Origin: Candidatus Hadarchaeales archaeon
GTDB lineage: Archaea; Hadarchaeota; Hadarchaeia; Hadarchaeales; Hadarchaeaceae
Assembly (NCBI GenBank): GCA_038823825.1
Contig: JAWBCC010000004.1
Location: 56,592-88,591 of the forward strand
Length of the DNA stretch: 32,000 bases
Direction of reading: 5' to 3'
Below are positions 9,512-17,512 of the stretch, piece by piece. Below the pieces are notes generated by a model. The model did no database searches. It was not told the DNA's origin and worked only from the letters and a program-made list of their open reading frames with translations. A program made the translations under genes and the position numbers. Position 1 is the first letter of the stretch; each line of letters begins with the position of its first letter.

Positions 9512-9516
9512 ATTTG

Positions 9517-10026
9517 ATGGTTGTTTTCGTCTACACTGGGACCGGTGGTGGAAAAACAACGGCGGCACTTGGGGTAGCTCTAAGGGCTATTGGCCACGGA
9601 AAAAAAGTTGTGGTGGTCCAGTTCATGAAATGGTGGAAAAACACTGGAGAATATAAAGCACAGAAAAAACTCAGACCAAACCTCGAAATCTATCAATTTG
9701 GAAGGCGCGGATGGATCGGCTTAAAGAATCTCGATGAGAGGGATAAAAGACTTGCCGAGAAGGGTTTGAAATTTGCAGAAAATGTTCTCAGAGAAAAAAG
9801 GCCAGACATCCTCATATTGGATGAGATAAACCTTGCCGTTCACTGCGGGCTACTGAAGATAGAAGATGTGGAAAATCTTTTGATGAAAGTTCCGCCCAAT
9901 GTTCATGTTTTTCTGACTGGCAGGTATGCGCCAAAGAGGCTTATGAGACTGGCTGATTTTGTCGTGGAAGTAAGGAACAGAAAGAAACCGAAGGAAATAA
10001 AACCTATCAAGGGTGTAAACTATTAA
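9517..10026 (+). CDS. cobO: Cob(I)yrinic acid a,c-diamide adenosyltransferase (CobO/BtuR type)
   Basis: MVVFVYTGTGGGKTTAALGVALRAIGHGKKVVVVQFMKW...LDEINLAVHCGLL...VHVFLTGRYAPKRLMRLADFVVEV; start trimmed from the ORF track (9478). Confidence 0.9.
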   Translation: MVVFVYTGTGGGKTTAALGVALRAIGHGKKVVVVQFMKWWKNTGEYKAQKKLRPNLEIYQFGRRGWIGLKNLDERDKRLAEKGLKFAENVLREKRPDILILDEINLAVHCGLLKIEDVENLLMKVPPNVHVFLTGRYAPKRLMRLADFVVEVRNRKKPKEIKPIKGVNY

Positions 10027-10057
10027 TGCTTCAAACGGAAGGAGTTGGAGGGCGAAT

Positions 10058-10423
10058 ATGGCGAAACCGACTGGACCGACAAATCCCATCTTGAGGAAGC
10101 TTATAAGAGACCTGAGGAAGCTGGCGAAAGAAAGAAAGGCGAGAATATGGGAGGATGTGGCTGACAGGCTTGAGATGCCAAGAAGAGCGAGACCGGAGGT
10201 AAACCTGAGTCAGATCAACAGATACGCGGATGGTGGGGAAACAGTGGTGGTGCCTGGAAAAGTTCTTGCGGCCGGGAGATTGACAAAGTCGGTGACTGTA
10301 GCGGCTTTCAAGTTTTCTAAAAGTGCGATAAAGAAGATAGTGGAAGCCGGTGGAAGAGCGATAACGATAAAGCAGTTGATGGAGGAGAATCCGGACGGAA
10401 AGCGAGTGAGGCTGATGATATGA
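10058..10423 (+). CDS. rpl18e: Ribosomal protein L18e (eL18)
   Basis: GPTNPILRKLIRDLRKLAKE...ARPEVNLSQINRYADGGETVVVPGKVLAAGRLTKSVTVAAFKFS. Confidence 0.95.
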   Translation: MAKPTGPTNPILRKLIRDLRKLAKERKARIWEDVADRLEMPRRARPEVNLSQINRYADGGETVVVPGKVLAAGRLTKSVTVAAFKFSKSAIKKIVEAGGRAITIKQLMEENPDGKRVRLMI

Positions 10424-10851
10424 GCAGATTAATAATCGATGCTACCGACGCCATCCTCGGAAGATTGGCTAGCTATGTCGCAAAGGAACTTCTCAGAGGA
10501 AGCCACGTGGATATAGTGAACGCTGAAAAAGCTGTGATCTCCGGGAGGAGAGAGAACATATTTGAAGAATATAAAGCATGGATGGAAACGAGACAACTGG
10601 CGAACCCGAGGAGAGGTCCTTTCCATCCGAGATATCCGGAGGAAATAGTTAGATTGGCGATCAGAGGAATGCTTCCCTATAAAAAGCCGAAGGGGAGAGA
10701 GGCTTTCAAAAGGTTGCGTGTCTATCGGGGAGTTCCGGAGCACTTGGCAGGCAAAGAGATGTTAAGAGTGCCGGATGCGGATGCGAAGAAGCTTAAATGT
10801 AAACGCATAAAGGTGGAAGAGTTGAGTAGGTTTCTGGGGGCGAAAATTTGA
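10420..10851 (+). CDS. rpl13: Ribosomal protein L13 (uL13)
   Basis: IIDATDAILGRLASYVAKELLRG...RGPFHPRYPEEIVRLAIRGMLPYKKPKGREAFKRLRVYRGVPEHL. Confidence 0.95.
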   Translation: MSRLIIDATDAILGRLASYVAKELLRGSHVDIVNAEKAVISGRRENIFEEYKAWMETRQLANPRRGPFHPRYPEEIVRLAIRGMLPYKKPKGREAFKRLRVYRGVPEHLAGKEMLRVPDADAKKLKCKRIKVEELSRFLGAKI

Positions 10852-11246
10852 AGACAGTAATAGCGACGGGACGAAGAAAGAGGGCTTTGGCGAGGGCTGT
10901 TGTTAGAAGTGGAAGCGGGCGGGTCTTTATAAACGGAAAGCCTGTGGAGACAATCGAGCCGGAGCTTGCTAGACTGAAGATTATGGAGCCTCTCATGCTT
11001 GTTCCCGAACTAGGGGGCAAAGTCGACATAGAAGTGAAGGTTGAGGGTGGCGGGGTTATGGGACAAGCGGAAGCTGTCAGAACGGCAATCGCGCGGGGCC
11101 TTCTCCAGTTCTTTGAGGATCAACAATTAAGGGAGAAATTTAAGCAATATGACTGGACGCTCGTGAAGAGTGACACGAGGTTCAAGGAGCCGAAGAAGCC
11201 GGGTGGACCGGGAGCGAGAGCGAAGTTCCAGAAGAGCTACAGGTGA
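10848..11246 (+). CDS. rps9: Ribosomal protein S9 (uS9)
   Basis: VIATGRRKRALARAVVRSGSGRVFING...EKFKQYDWTLVKSDTRFKEPKKPGGPGARAKFQKSYR. Confidence 0.96.
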   Translation: MKTVIATGRRKRALARAVVRSGSGRVFINGKPVETIEPELARLKIMEPLMLVPELGGKVDIEVKVEGGGVMGQAEAVRTAIARGLLQFFEDQQLREKFKQYDWTLVKSDTRFKEPKKPGGPGARAKFQKSYR

Positions 11247-11446
11247 TTTGCGTGAGACCTATACGCTGTTTCACATGTGGAAAGGTTCTGGGAGACAAGT
11301 TTGCGGAATTTGAAGAAAGAGTGTCGAAAGGTGAGGATCCGAAAAAGGTTTTGGACGAGATGGGGATTGAGCGTTATTGCTGCAGAACCGTTATGATAAC
11401 GAGTGTGGACACTATCAGGGAAATAGCGAAGTTCAAGCGGGTTTGA
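11243..11446 (+). CDS. rpoN: DNA-directed RNA polymerase subunit N
   Basis: VRPIRCFTCGKVLGDKFAEFEER...VLDEMGIERYCCRTVMITSVDTIREI; GTG start overlaps the S9 stop. Confidence 0.95.
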   Translation: MICVRPIRCFTCGKVLGDKFAEFEERVSKGEDPKKVLDEMGIERYCCRTVMITSVDTIREIAKFKRV

Positions 11447-11458
11447 AGGTGTTCTCGC

Positions 11459-12391
11459 TTGTATAAGGTGGAATTGATTTCACCCGACGAAAAGGATAGA
11501 CTTTTTGAGGAATATTCTGGAAGACTGCTCTATCAGGATAAAGCAAATATCTACGGTTGTTGCATAAAGCTTCTCACGGATGTGCGAAGATTTAAGGAAC
11601 AATGGGAAGATAACTTTTTCTTTATGGATGAAAACATCAGGTCGCATGGAAGGCTAATCGTGCTTGAGGAAGAAGGAGAGCCTCTGGTCAGGTATGACCC
11701 GTACACGAATACGGCGTTTGTGACCGGGATCTCTTACTATGGTTGGATAAAGAGCATAGCTTTGGCGATAGCTGGGGATATCCTGGAGGATGAGCATGGG
11801 ATTTATCACGTTCATGGTGGAGCGATTGACTTCGATGGAAAAGGTGTGGCGATAATAGCACCGCCGAAGACCGGGAAGACAACACACTCATTTGGTCTTC
11901 TTAGACTTCCTGAAAGCAGACTCGTCGCGGATGACTGGTTTTTCGTCAGGTTTTTCGAAAGAAGCGTTTTGGCTTTCGGGTCTGAAAAGAATTCATACGT
12001 TGAGGCGGACATCGCGGAAATCTGGCAGGAGTTCAGACCTCTTATAAAGGAGGCGGTGTTCGATGAGCGAGGAAGGGCGATAGTTAACGTTAGATGGATA
12101 GTCGGAAGGGGAGGTGTTGTGCCTATGACGACGATGAGGAAGATCATCATTCTTAAGAGAGACCCATCAGATCCCAAAGTTCATAGAAAGCTGGATGTTG
12201 AGGAGGCGTTAGACTTCCTTATTAGACATGATTTTTGTAATCCGCATCAGCTCGTCAGAGACGCAAGAAAAATTGAAATGAGGAGTAATTTTTTCAGAAG
12301 ACTGCTGGAGAGAACGGATGTTTACTTAGTAAATACTACTGGGTCACCACATGAGACTCACATGGAGATCGTGAAACTCGTGAAGTCCTGA
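11459..12391 (+). CDS. HPr kinase/PEPCK-like P-loop protein of unknown role
   Basis: 310 aa; YHVHGGAIDFDGKGVAIIAPPKTGKTTHSFGLLRLPESRLVADDWFFV combines a Walker A-type GKTT with the LVADD motif of the HprK fold; TTG start. Confidence 0.6.
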   Translation: MYKVELISPDEKDRLFEEYSGRLLYQDKANIYGCCIKLLTDVRRFKEQWEDNFFFMDENIRSHGRLIVLEEEGEPLVRYDPYTNTAFVTGISYYGWIKSIALAIAGDILEDEHGIYHVHGGAIDFDGKGVAIIAPPKTGKTTHSFGLLRLPESRLVADDWFFVRFFERSVLAFGSEKNSYVEADIAEIWQEFRPLIKEAVFDERGRAIVNVRWIVGRGGVVPMTTMRKIIILKRDPSDPKVHRKLDVEEALDFLIRHDFCNPHQLVRDARKIEMRSNFFRRLLERTDVYLVNTTGSPHETHMEIVKLVKS

Positions 12392-12433
12392 TGATGAAAC
12401 AACGTAATAAGGTCGAGCCTTGTTTATTTTATG

Positions 12434-12508
12434 GGGGCCGTGGGGTAGCCTGGTCTAGCCTACCAGCTTGGGGTGCTGGCGACCTGGGTTCAAATCCCGG
12501 CGGCCCCA
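12434..12508 (+). tRNA. tRNA-Pro (anticodon GGG), CCA encoded at 12509-12511
   Basis: Acceptor GGGGCCG/CGGCCCC, anticodon arm CCAGC-TTGGGGT-GCTGG, T arm CTGGG-TTCAAAT-CCCGG, genomic CCA. Confidence 0.95.
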
Positions 12509-12556
12509 CCACGTCATCGCATTAAAATCTTGACGAGAATCTTTTTTGGTGACTTG

Positions 12557-13783
12557 CTATCTGGGCGATTGTTTCCGACTCGTTGCGCTTTTAATCTTAA
12601 GAACATGCGCCACGCCGATTGGCGCGATTAGCGTTGTTAGTATCGCGACTACGACAAAAATTGATATATGAACATCTGTGAGAATACCGATTTCTAATCC
12701 TACTATCGCAAAGATCATATCAACAACTCCCCTGCTGTTCATTCCCCATCCCATTGCCAACGCTTCCTTTTTTTCAAATCCGAGCAGGCGTGACGCCCCA
12801 TAGATTCCGATCATCTTCCCGGCGAAAGCAGCCAGAGCAATTGCAACTAGGAGGATTGGATATTCAACAAAAACATTGAGGTTTACATGAAACGCAACGC
12901 TGACGATGAAAATCGGCGCAAAGAATCCATGACTGAGCGTGTGAAAGCGTGTGTAGAGATTTTCCGCTGCCTTTCCCAAAATCTCCTCTCTTAAGAGGAG
13001 TCCTGCAAGATAGGCTCCAACTATAAGATGAATTCCGATTTCATGCGCGATGCCGGCGATCAGAAGACCGAGGATGAGCGCAAATACAAAGCTTTTCTCT
13101 CCAGGTTCGCACATAAATTTTCCAATTTTCGGGTATAACCACCAGCCAAGGAGAAGAACGGCGGCAAAGAAAGCAGCCACGGTCAAAACAACCTTCACGA
13201 TATCTAGCACTCCAACCCCTCCGGCTGTCACTGCTTTAATCACAACTGAGAGAACCATGAAAGAAAGAATGTTGTCAACGATCGAGCTTCCCATCATTGC
13301 ATAGCCTATCTTAGTTCTGAGAAGGTTGAGATCGTCGAGCCATCTGACTTTAACTGCCATCGAGGTTCCGGAAATCGCAACCCCGACAAGGATCGCTGCC
13401 CACATCTCTCCGGTTATCCACCATGTGGCCAAGAATCCGAATATCAGAGGAAAAATCGTTCCGGATGTTCCCATTATCACAAAATGTTTCATTTTTCCCG
13501 CAAGCTGTTTTGGATCCGTCGTCAGACCGGCATGAAACATAAGGAAAAAAATTCCGAGAGTGGCCAAGAGATCCATTGCCGGAGTCCACTCAAAGATCGG
13601 TTTGCCGATCAGTCCTGTGACCTCTACACCTTTTATCACTCCACCCACTAGTCCGAGAACCGGGGGCCCGATGATTAGTCCTACCAGAATTTCTCCAACC
13701 AGCGGTGGTAATCTTAACCTTTCAAAAACGAGCCTGCCTACCCATCCTGCGGCTAGGATGAACAGGAGTGTGAATATTTCCAA
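12557..13783 (-). CDS. Kef/NapA-type Na+(K+)/H+ antiporter (CPA2 family)
   Basis: LPPLVGEILVGLIIGP, LFFLMFHAGLTTDPKQL, ALAMGWGMNSRGVVDMIFAIVGLE; about 12 hydrophobic segments. Confidence 0.9.
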   Translation of the reverse strand: MEIFTLLFILAAGWVGRLVFERLRLPPLVGEILVGLIIGPPVLGLVGGVIKGVEVTGLIGKPIFEWTPAMDLLATLGIFFLMFHAGLTTDPKQLAGKMKHFVIMGTSGTIFPLIFGFLATWWITGEMWAAILVGVAISGTSMAVKVRWLDDLNLLRTKIGYAMMGSSIVDNILSFMVLSVVIKAVTAGGVGVLDIVKVVLTVAAFFAAVLLLGWWLYPKIGKFMCEPGEKSFVFALILGLLIAGIAHEIGIHLIVGAYLAGLLLREEILGKAAENLYTRFHTLSHGFFAPIFIVSVAFHVNLNVFVEYPILLVAIALAAFAGKMIGIYGASRLLGFEKKEALAMGWGMNSRGVVDMIFAIVGLEIGILTDVHISIFVVVAILTTLIAPIGVAHVLKIKSATSRKQSPR

Positions 13784-13855
13784 ACTCTAAACCTCCGGAT
13801 ACCCAAAAATATTGACGATTTTGTATAAAATCATTTCTTTGGAATTTTGCTTTGC

Positions 13856-14425
13856 TTAAACACCCGCTCGGACTTGTAGGCGTCTCAGAATTTCCGCCTT
13901 CCATCTCTGACAGGCTTCCTCGAGTATTTTGGCTGTCTCTTCATCAAGGAGAGATCTGCTGTCAACTTGCTGGATCCTTCTCTGGACTCTTCCCACATCC
14001 TCAAGAAGAGATTCTGAGGAAAGTCCGGAGGATTTTAGATTTTCCGTCAAAAAGTAAAGCTCCCTTGCAAGGGTTCCGGCAGCCGTTCTTCTTGCTTGTG
14101 ATGAGAGATAGATTATGTTGTAACCTAGCCAAAAGGCTCCTTTGTTGTCAACCATGTTTGCGAGTTTGGACCTCCAGGTGAAAGCCTGGGAGGAGATCTT
14201 TGAAGCTATTTCGAAGGTGGGCACACCTGAAATTCCGCTTAGTTCGGATGCAAGAGCTGTGGCTTCTTGGAAGACGTCCGAGAATTCTAGGCCCAGACGC
14301 CTCATGTTCTCCAGCAAGTAAAACAGTTCCTCACTCAGTTTTTTTGTATCGACAGAGGCCGGCATGAAACAGAGATAACCGATGTTATATCCAAGCCAGA
14401 AAGTTGAGGCGTTCAAAGGACTCAT
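13856..14425 (-). CDS. Uncharacterised protein with tandem internal repeat (FWLGYNI-YL)
   Basis: Start placed at M74 of the ORF, just downstream of the preceding cysteine-rich CDS; two copies of a FWLGYNI.YL...EL.{2}L.EN...GL unit. Confidence 0.55.
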   Translation of the reverse strand: MSPLNASTFWLGYNIGYLCFMPASVDTKKLSEELFYLLENMRRLGLEFSDVFQEATALASELSGISGVPTFEIASKISSQAFTWRSKLANMVDNKGAFWLGYNIIYLSSQARRTAAGTLARELYFLTENLKSSGLSSESLLEDVGRVQRRIQQVDSRSLLDEETAKILEEACQRWKAEILRRLQVRAGV

Positions 14426-14430
14426 TCTTT

Positions 14431-14661
14431 TCACCCATATGCGCAGTCTACTATCGGGTTTCCGTCGTGGAACCCATAAAATCCTCTCATGTTGTAACAA
14501 ATTAAGCATTTCCTGAACTCGAGCATCTTCTGGGCCATTGGACAGAAGACCCAGAGCTCCACCCGGACCTTCTCGTCCGAGATGGCGCACTTCACATCCG
14601 GATCGAGAACGTGGAATCCTTCCATTCCTTTGTGAAACTCGCACTTCATGCAGTCTTCCAT
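14431..14661 (-). CDS. Small cysteine-rich protein, candidate metal-binding
   Basis: MEDCMKCEFHKGMEGFHVLDPDVKCAISDEKVRVELWVFCPMAQKMLEFRKCLICYNMRGFYGFHDGNPIVDCAYG; two CxxC plus three further Cys, followed 5 nt later by the next CDS. Confidence 0.55.
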   Translation of the reverse strand: MEDCMKCEFHKGMEGFHVLDPDVKCAISDEKVRVELWVFCPMAQKMLEFRKCLICYNMRGFYGFHDGNPIVDCAYG

Positions 14662-14798
14662 GTCGACCGGGTTCTCGGAGATTGGACAGGCAACCTTGCG
14701 CAGAATTCTTATGTGCAAATTTCTCCCTCCTACTAGTTTTTCAAAGCCTAAATTGGTTTCGAAGAATTTTATTAGGTTTGCGCTCGTGATATTTATTA

Positions 14799-14873
14799 GC
14801 CCCGGTGGTGTAGCCCGGACAATCATACAGCCCTTTCGAGGCTGCGACGCGGGTTCAAATCCCGCCCGGGGCA
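14799..14873 (+). tRNA. tRNA-Glu (anticodon TTC), CCA encoded at 14874-14876
   Basis: Acceptor GCCCCGG/CCGGGGC, anticodon arm CAGCC-CTTTCGA-GGCTG, T arm CGGG-TTCAAAT-CCCG. Confidence 0.95.
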
Positions 14874-14947
14874 CCAGATCGATATGATTCGATTTTTCAT
14901 TTTTTCCAGGTCTTCGGCCTCCACGACCTTCCATCAAAAAAACATAG

Positions 14948-14989
14948 TTTCGGTAAAAGGCGAAACGTTGAGAACGTGTAAAAGTTCAC
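14948..14989 (+). repeat. Copy 1 of the dispersed 28-nt element plus distal AGTTCAC
   Basis: TTTCGGTAAAAGGCGAAACGTTGaGAAC (14948-14975), AGTTCAC (14983-14989); matches copy 2 at 17393-17457. Confidence 0.8.
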
Positions 14990-15079
14990 GAAATATCACT
15001 GAAAAATTGGAGAGTAAAAATCAGCACAAGCATATCCACATTTATCACAGATAAGGATCTGCCTCTCAGCGAGATTCTA

Positions 15080-16369
15080 TCATCTTCGTCTGACAACCGT
15101 CGCAACCGTCACGCTCAGCAAAACGATCAAAACCGCTAGCGCTATCCAAAACATTTGCTCAGTCGGGAGAAAAGGGATTTCTTGGGGTTTCCAAAGGTTG
15201 ATCGACCCGCCCAACCTGCTGTATGCCCAACCGTAATCAAACTGACCAACCTCGAAAGAAAGATTTTCCCCGGGGTTGAGGAAAATGAGCTTCGGCCAAC
15301 CCTGAACATCCTCATACCTTTCATATTCTTCTACATATCTCTTCACGATTAGATTGTCTAAAAGTGGAACGCTCGAGACGTTTGCAATTGAGACCCTCCA
15401 TCCGTTCTCCGTTTGCTCTCCTGACAGAATGACAGAATTCTCCAGCTCATACAAAAATTGCCAACCGATTGGAGTCACGGCATATTCGACTTTGGTTATC
15501 CCGGAGCCGGGGGGCGCTCCCCAATATCTATAGTGAACTCCCTCCCCACCCGTCACAAACTTTTTTGCACTGCCGAGATCTACCCAGGTTGGATCTACTG
15601 GAAGCCATCCTCTCTCTGGAATCCATACCTCCGCCCACGCGTGTCCGGTCTCTAACTTACGGTTGAGATTCTCATTTTCCACAGAATATCCCTGAACATA
15701 GCGGGCTGGAATTCCAACCGATCTACAGAAGGCGATAAATAACGTTGCAAATTCGTCACATACGCCTGCTTTCATTTGGATGATCTCATAATCCTTCAAC
15801 TTGACATCACCGCCGAGTTGGGGGCTATAGGTTATATTTCTCTGAATCCATTCGACAAAACTCGTGATAATCGATGGAAGATCGTTCTCCGTTCCGGTGA
15901 CGATTTCTCTCGCTAGCGAAACGACTTGTGGGGATAGAGTTACCCTGTCATCGGGCTGGAGGTACTCCTGCATGCCAACGATTGGTTCAACCGGGATATG
16001 CGGAACTTCCGGAACATTGCGCAAGTCAACGGATACCACAAAGGTTCCTGTGAACGTGATAACTGTGTATGGCACTTCTCGCATGTATTTCTCGATCACC
16101 CAGACGGGCTTGCCGTTTACGTTTTCTAGCCTTCCATCCTGAAGATTTGCCGTTACGGTCTGGTATTCTGTTGGGATTGGGATATCAGAGATCTCGAGGC
16201 GTATTCTTGTGCTATCTGGATAAAATCGCCCCTGCCAGTACACTCTAACAGTGTACTGAAGTGTGTGCGTGACTTCAAGAGGAATTGAGAACGAACCGAC
16301 TGGGAGAGTAAAGAACGTGATCATAAGAAATAGAGCTGCTGCCCAAATGGTAAAAAATTTCTGCTTCAT
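15080..16369 (-). CDS. Secreted, C-terminally anchored transglutaminase-like domain protein
   Basis: Core motifs QMKAGVCDEFATLFIAFCRSVGIPARYVQGYSV...TGHAWAEVWIPERGWLPVDPTW (Cys-His-Asp triad); N-terminal signal-like helix and C-terminal TM FWIALAVLIVLLSVTVATVVRRR. Likely start is MKQKFF at 16369. Confidence 0.85.
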   Translation of the reverse strand: MKQKFFTIWAAALFLMITFFTLPVGSFSIPLEVTHTLQYTVRVYWQGRFYPDSTRIRLEISDIPIPTEYQTVTANLQDGRLENVNGKPVWVIEKYMREVPYTVITFTGTFVVSVDLRNVPEVPHIPVEPIVGMQEYLQPDDRVTLSPQVVSLAREIVTGTENDLPSIITSFVEWIQRNITYSPQLGGDVKLKDYEIIQMKAGVCDEFATLFIAFCRSVGIPARYVQGYSVENENLNRKLETGHAWAEVWIPERGWLPVDPTWVDLGSAKKFVTGGEGVHYRYWGAPPGSGITKVEYAVTPIGWQFLYELENSVILSGEQTENGWRVSIANVSSVPLLDNLIVKRYVEEYERYEDVQGWPKLIFLNPGENLSFEVGQFDYGWAYSRLGGSINLWKPQEIPFLPTEQMFWIALAVLIVLLSVTVATVVRRR

Positions 16370-16445
16370 TAGGTAGTACTCCTCTTTGGATGACTTAAAA
16401 TTTGCTAGCATTTGGCTTAAATCCTATCGGGAGGAAATTGTAAAG

Positions 16446-17003
16446 ATGAAGTTGGACGTTGCACCCGAGAGATCTTACCGGCTTCTCTATCCAAGACAGA
16501 TAGTCCTAGTAGGTTGCTGCTCGCCAGACGGGAAACCCAATGCCTTGACGATTGCTTGGTTTATGCCACTGTCTATGTCTCCACCGCTCGTTGGGATCTC
16601 GGTCTCTCCGAAGCGCTATTCACACTCGCTTATCGAGCAGACTGGCGATTTCACCGTAAACATTCCGACAATGGATATCTTGGAGAAAGTCCACTTGTTC
16701 GGAAGCGTGTCTGGGAAAAACGTGGAGAAATTTGCCAGTCTTGGGCTTACGGCTGAAAAGGCAAGACTCGTAAAATCGCCGATTGTCAAGGAATGTGTTG
16801 CCCATCTCGAGTGTAGATTGACGGAGAGCCTGAGGACAGGAGACCATACCCTTTTCATTGGAGAGGTCTTGGCGGCCTATGCGGATGAGAGGTTCTTCAG
16901 GAATGGAAAGTTCGATCTCAAAATCTTTCGCGGAATTTACCAAGTTGGAGGATCTGAATACGCGACGATGTCGGAAGTAACTAAGGAGGTTGGAAAATAC
17001 TGA
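16446..17003 (+). CDS. Flavin reductase-like FMN-binding split-barrel protein (flavoredoxin type)
   Basis: PRQIVLVGCCSPDGKPNALTIAWFMPLSMSPPLVGISVSPKRYSHSLIEQTGDFTVNIP. Confidence 0.88.
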   Translation: MKLDVAPERSYRLLYPRQIVLVGCCSPDGKPNALTIAWFMPLSMSPPLVGISVSPKRYSHSLIEQTGDFTVNIPTMDILEKVHLFGSVSGKNVEKFASLGLTAEKARLVKSPIVKECVAHLECRLTESLRTGDHTLFIGEVLAAYADERFFRNGKFDLKIFRGIYQVGGSEYATMSEVTKEVGKY

Positions 17004-17016
17004 GAGGGGTTTAAGT

Positions 17017-17229
17017 ATGGTGGACTGCGCAATCTGTGGAAAAGAGATCACCGGGGAGAAAGTCGAGTGTTCGATTTGTAAAGCGGTGATGCATAGGGAA
17101 TGTGCGAAGAAGATTTCGGGAAGATATTATTGTAAGCAGTGTTATAAGGAAGGAAAAAAGAGGGCGAGATACGAAAGGATGGCGCAGAGGGCGATGATAG
17201 GGAAAAAGCTTCCGAAGAAGCTCTGGTAA
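17017..17229 (+). CDS. Small RING/LIM-like zinc-binding protein
   Basis: CAICGKEITGEKVECSICKAVMHRECAKKISGRYYCKQC: CxxC-CxxC-HxxC-CxxC pattern. Confidence 0.7.
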   Translation: MVDCAICGKEITGEKVECSICKAVMHRECAKKISGRYYCKQCYKEGKKRARYERMAQRAMIGKKLPKKLW

Positions 17230-17301
17230 TCGCGTTTTCAATGTTCGTGAGGATAAATCAGACGATAAGGTAAATACGCCTTCTCTACAAGATTTTTCTT
17301 G

Positions 17302-17386
17302 GCGGGGGTGGCCGAGCCAGGTCAAAGGCGCGGGATTTAGGGTCCCGTCCCGAAGGGGTTCGGGGGTTCAAATCCCCTCCCCCGCA
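17302..17386 (+). tRNA. tRNA-Leu (anticodon TAG), CCA encoded at 17387-17389
   Basis: Acceptor GCGGGGG/CCCCCGC, anticodon arm CGGGA-TTTAGGG-TCCCG, long variable arm, T arm GGGGG-TTCAAAT-CCCCT region. Confidence 0.95.
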
Positions 17387-17392
17387 CCAAGT

Positions 17393-17457
17393 TTTCGGTA
17401 AAAGGCGAAACGTTGTGAACTTCTTTATAAATCCCCTATGCAAAAATCGAAGTTCAC
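17393..17457 (+). repeat. Copy 2 of the dispersed 28-nt element plus distal AGTTCAC, inside the CRISPR leader
   Basis: TTTCGGTAAAAGGCGAAACGTTGtGAAC (17393-17420), AGTTCAC at 17451-17457. Confidence 0.8.
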
Positions 17458-17459
17458 AA
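17413..17459 (+). promoter_or_regulatory. Candidate CRISPR leader promoter/operator
   Basis: Perfect 11-nt inverted repeat TTGTGAACTTC (17413-17423) / GAAGTTCACAA (17449-17459) flanking the TATA-like CTTTATAAAT (17423-17432), about 55-90 nt upstream of the first repeat. Confidence 0.6.
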
Positions 17460-17512
17460 AGTCTTCACATAGATTTTTAAGGAAAGCCGGCCAAAGATGA
17501 AAAGAAGAGCGG

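Noticed and set aside
9478-9516. Upstream start for the adenosyltransferase (MYNWNMSIPGVNL...)
   Set aside because: The extension overlaps the nrdJ 3' end. The Walker A-proximal start at 9517 matches the usual N-terminus of the family.
13050-13790. Plus-strand ORFs antisense to the Na+/H+ antiporter
   Set aside because: Shadow ORFs of a strongly supported membrane protein; low-complexity Thr/Pro-rich translations.
14509-14644. N-terminal region of the 13856..14644 ORF
   Set aside because: It overlaps out of frame with the cysteine-rich ORF, which looks more protein-like there; a start near 14425 is preferred.
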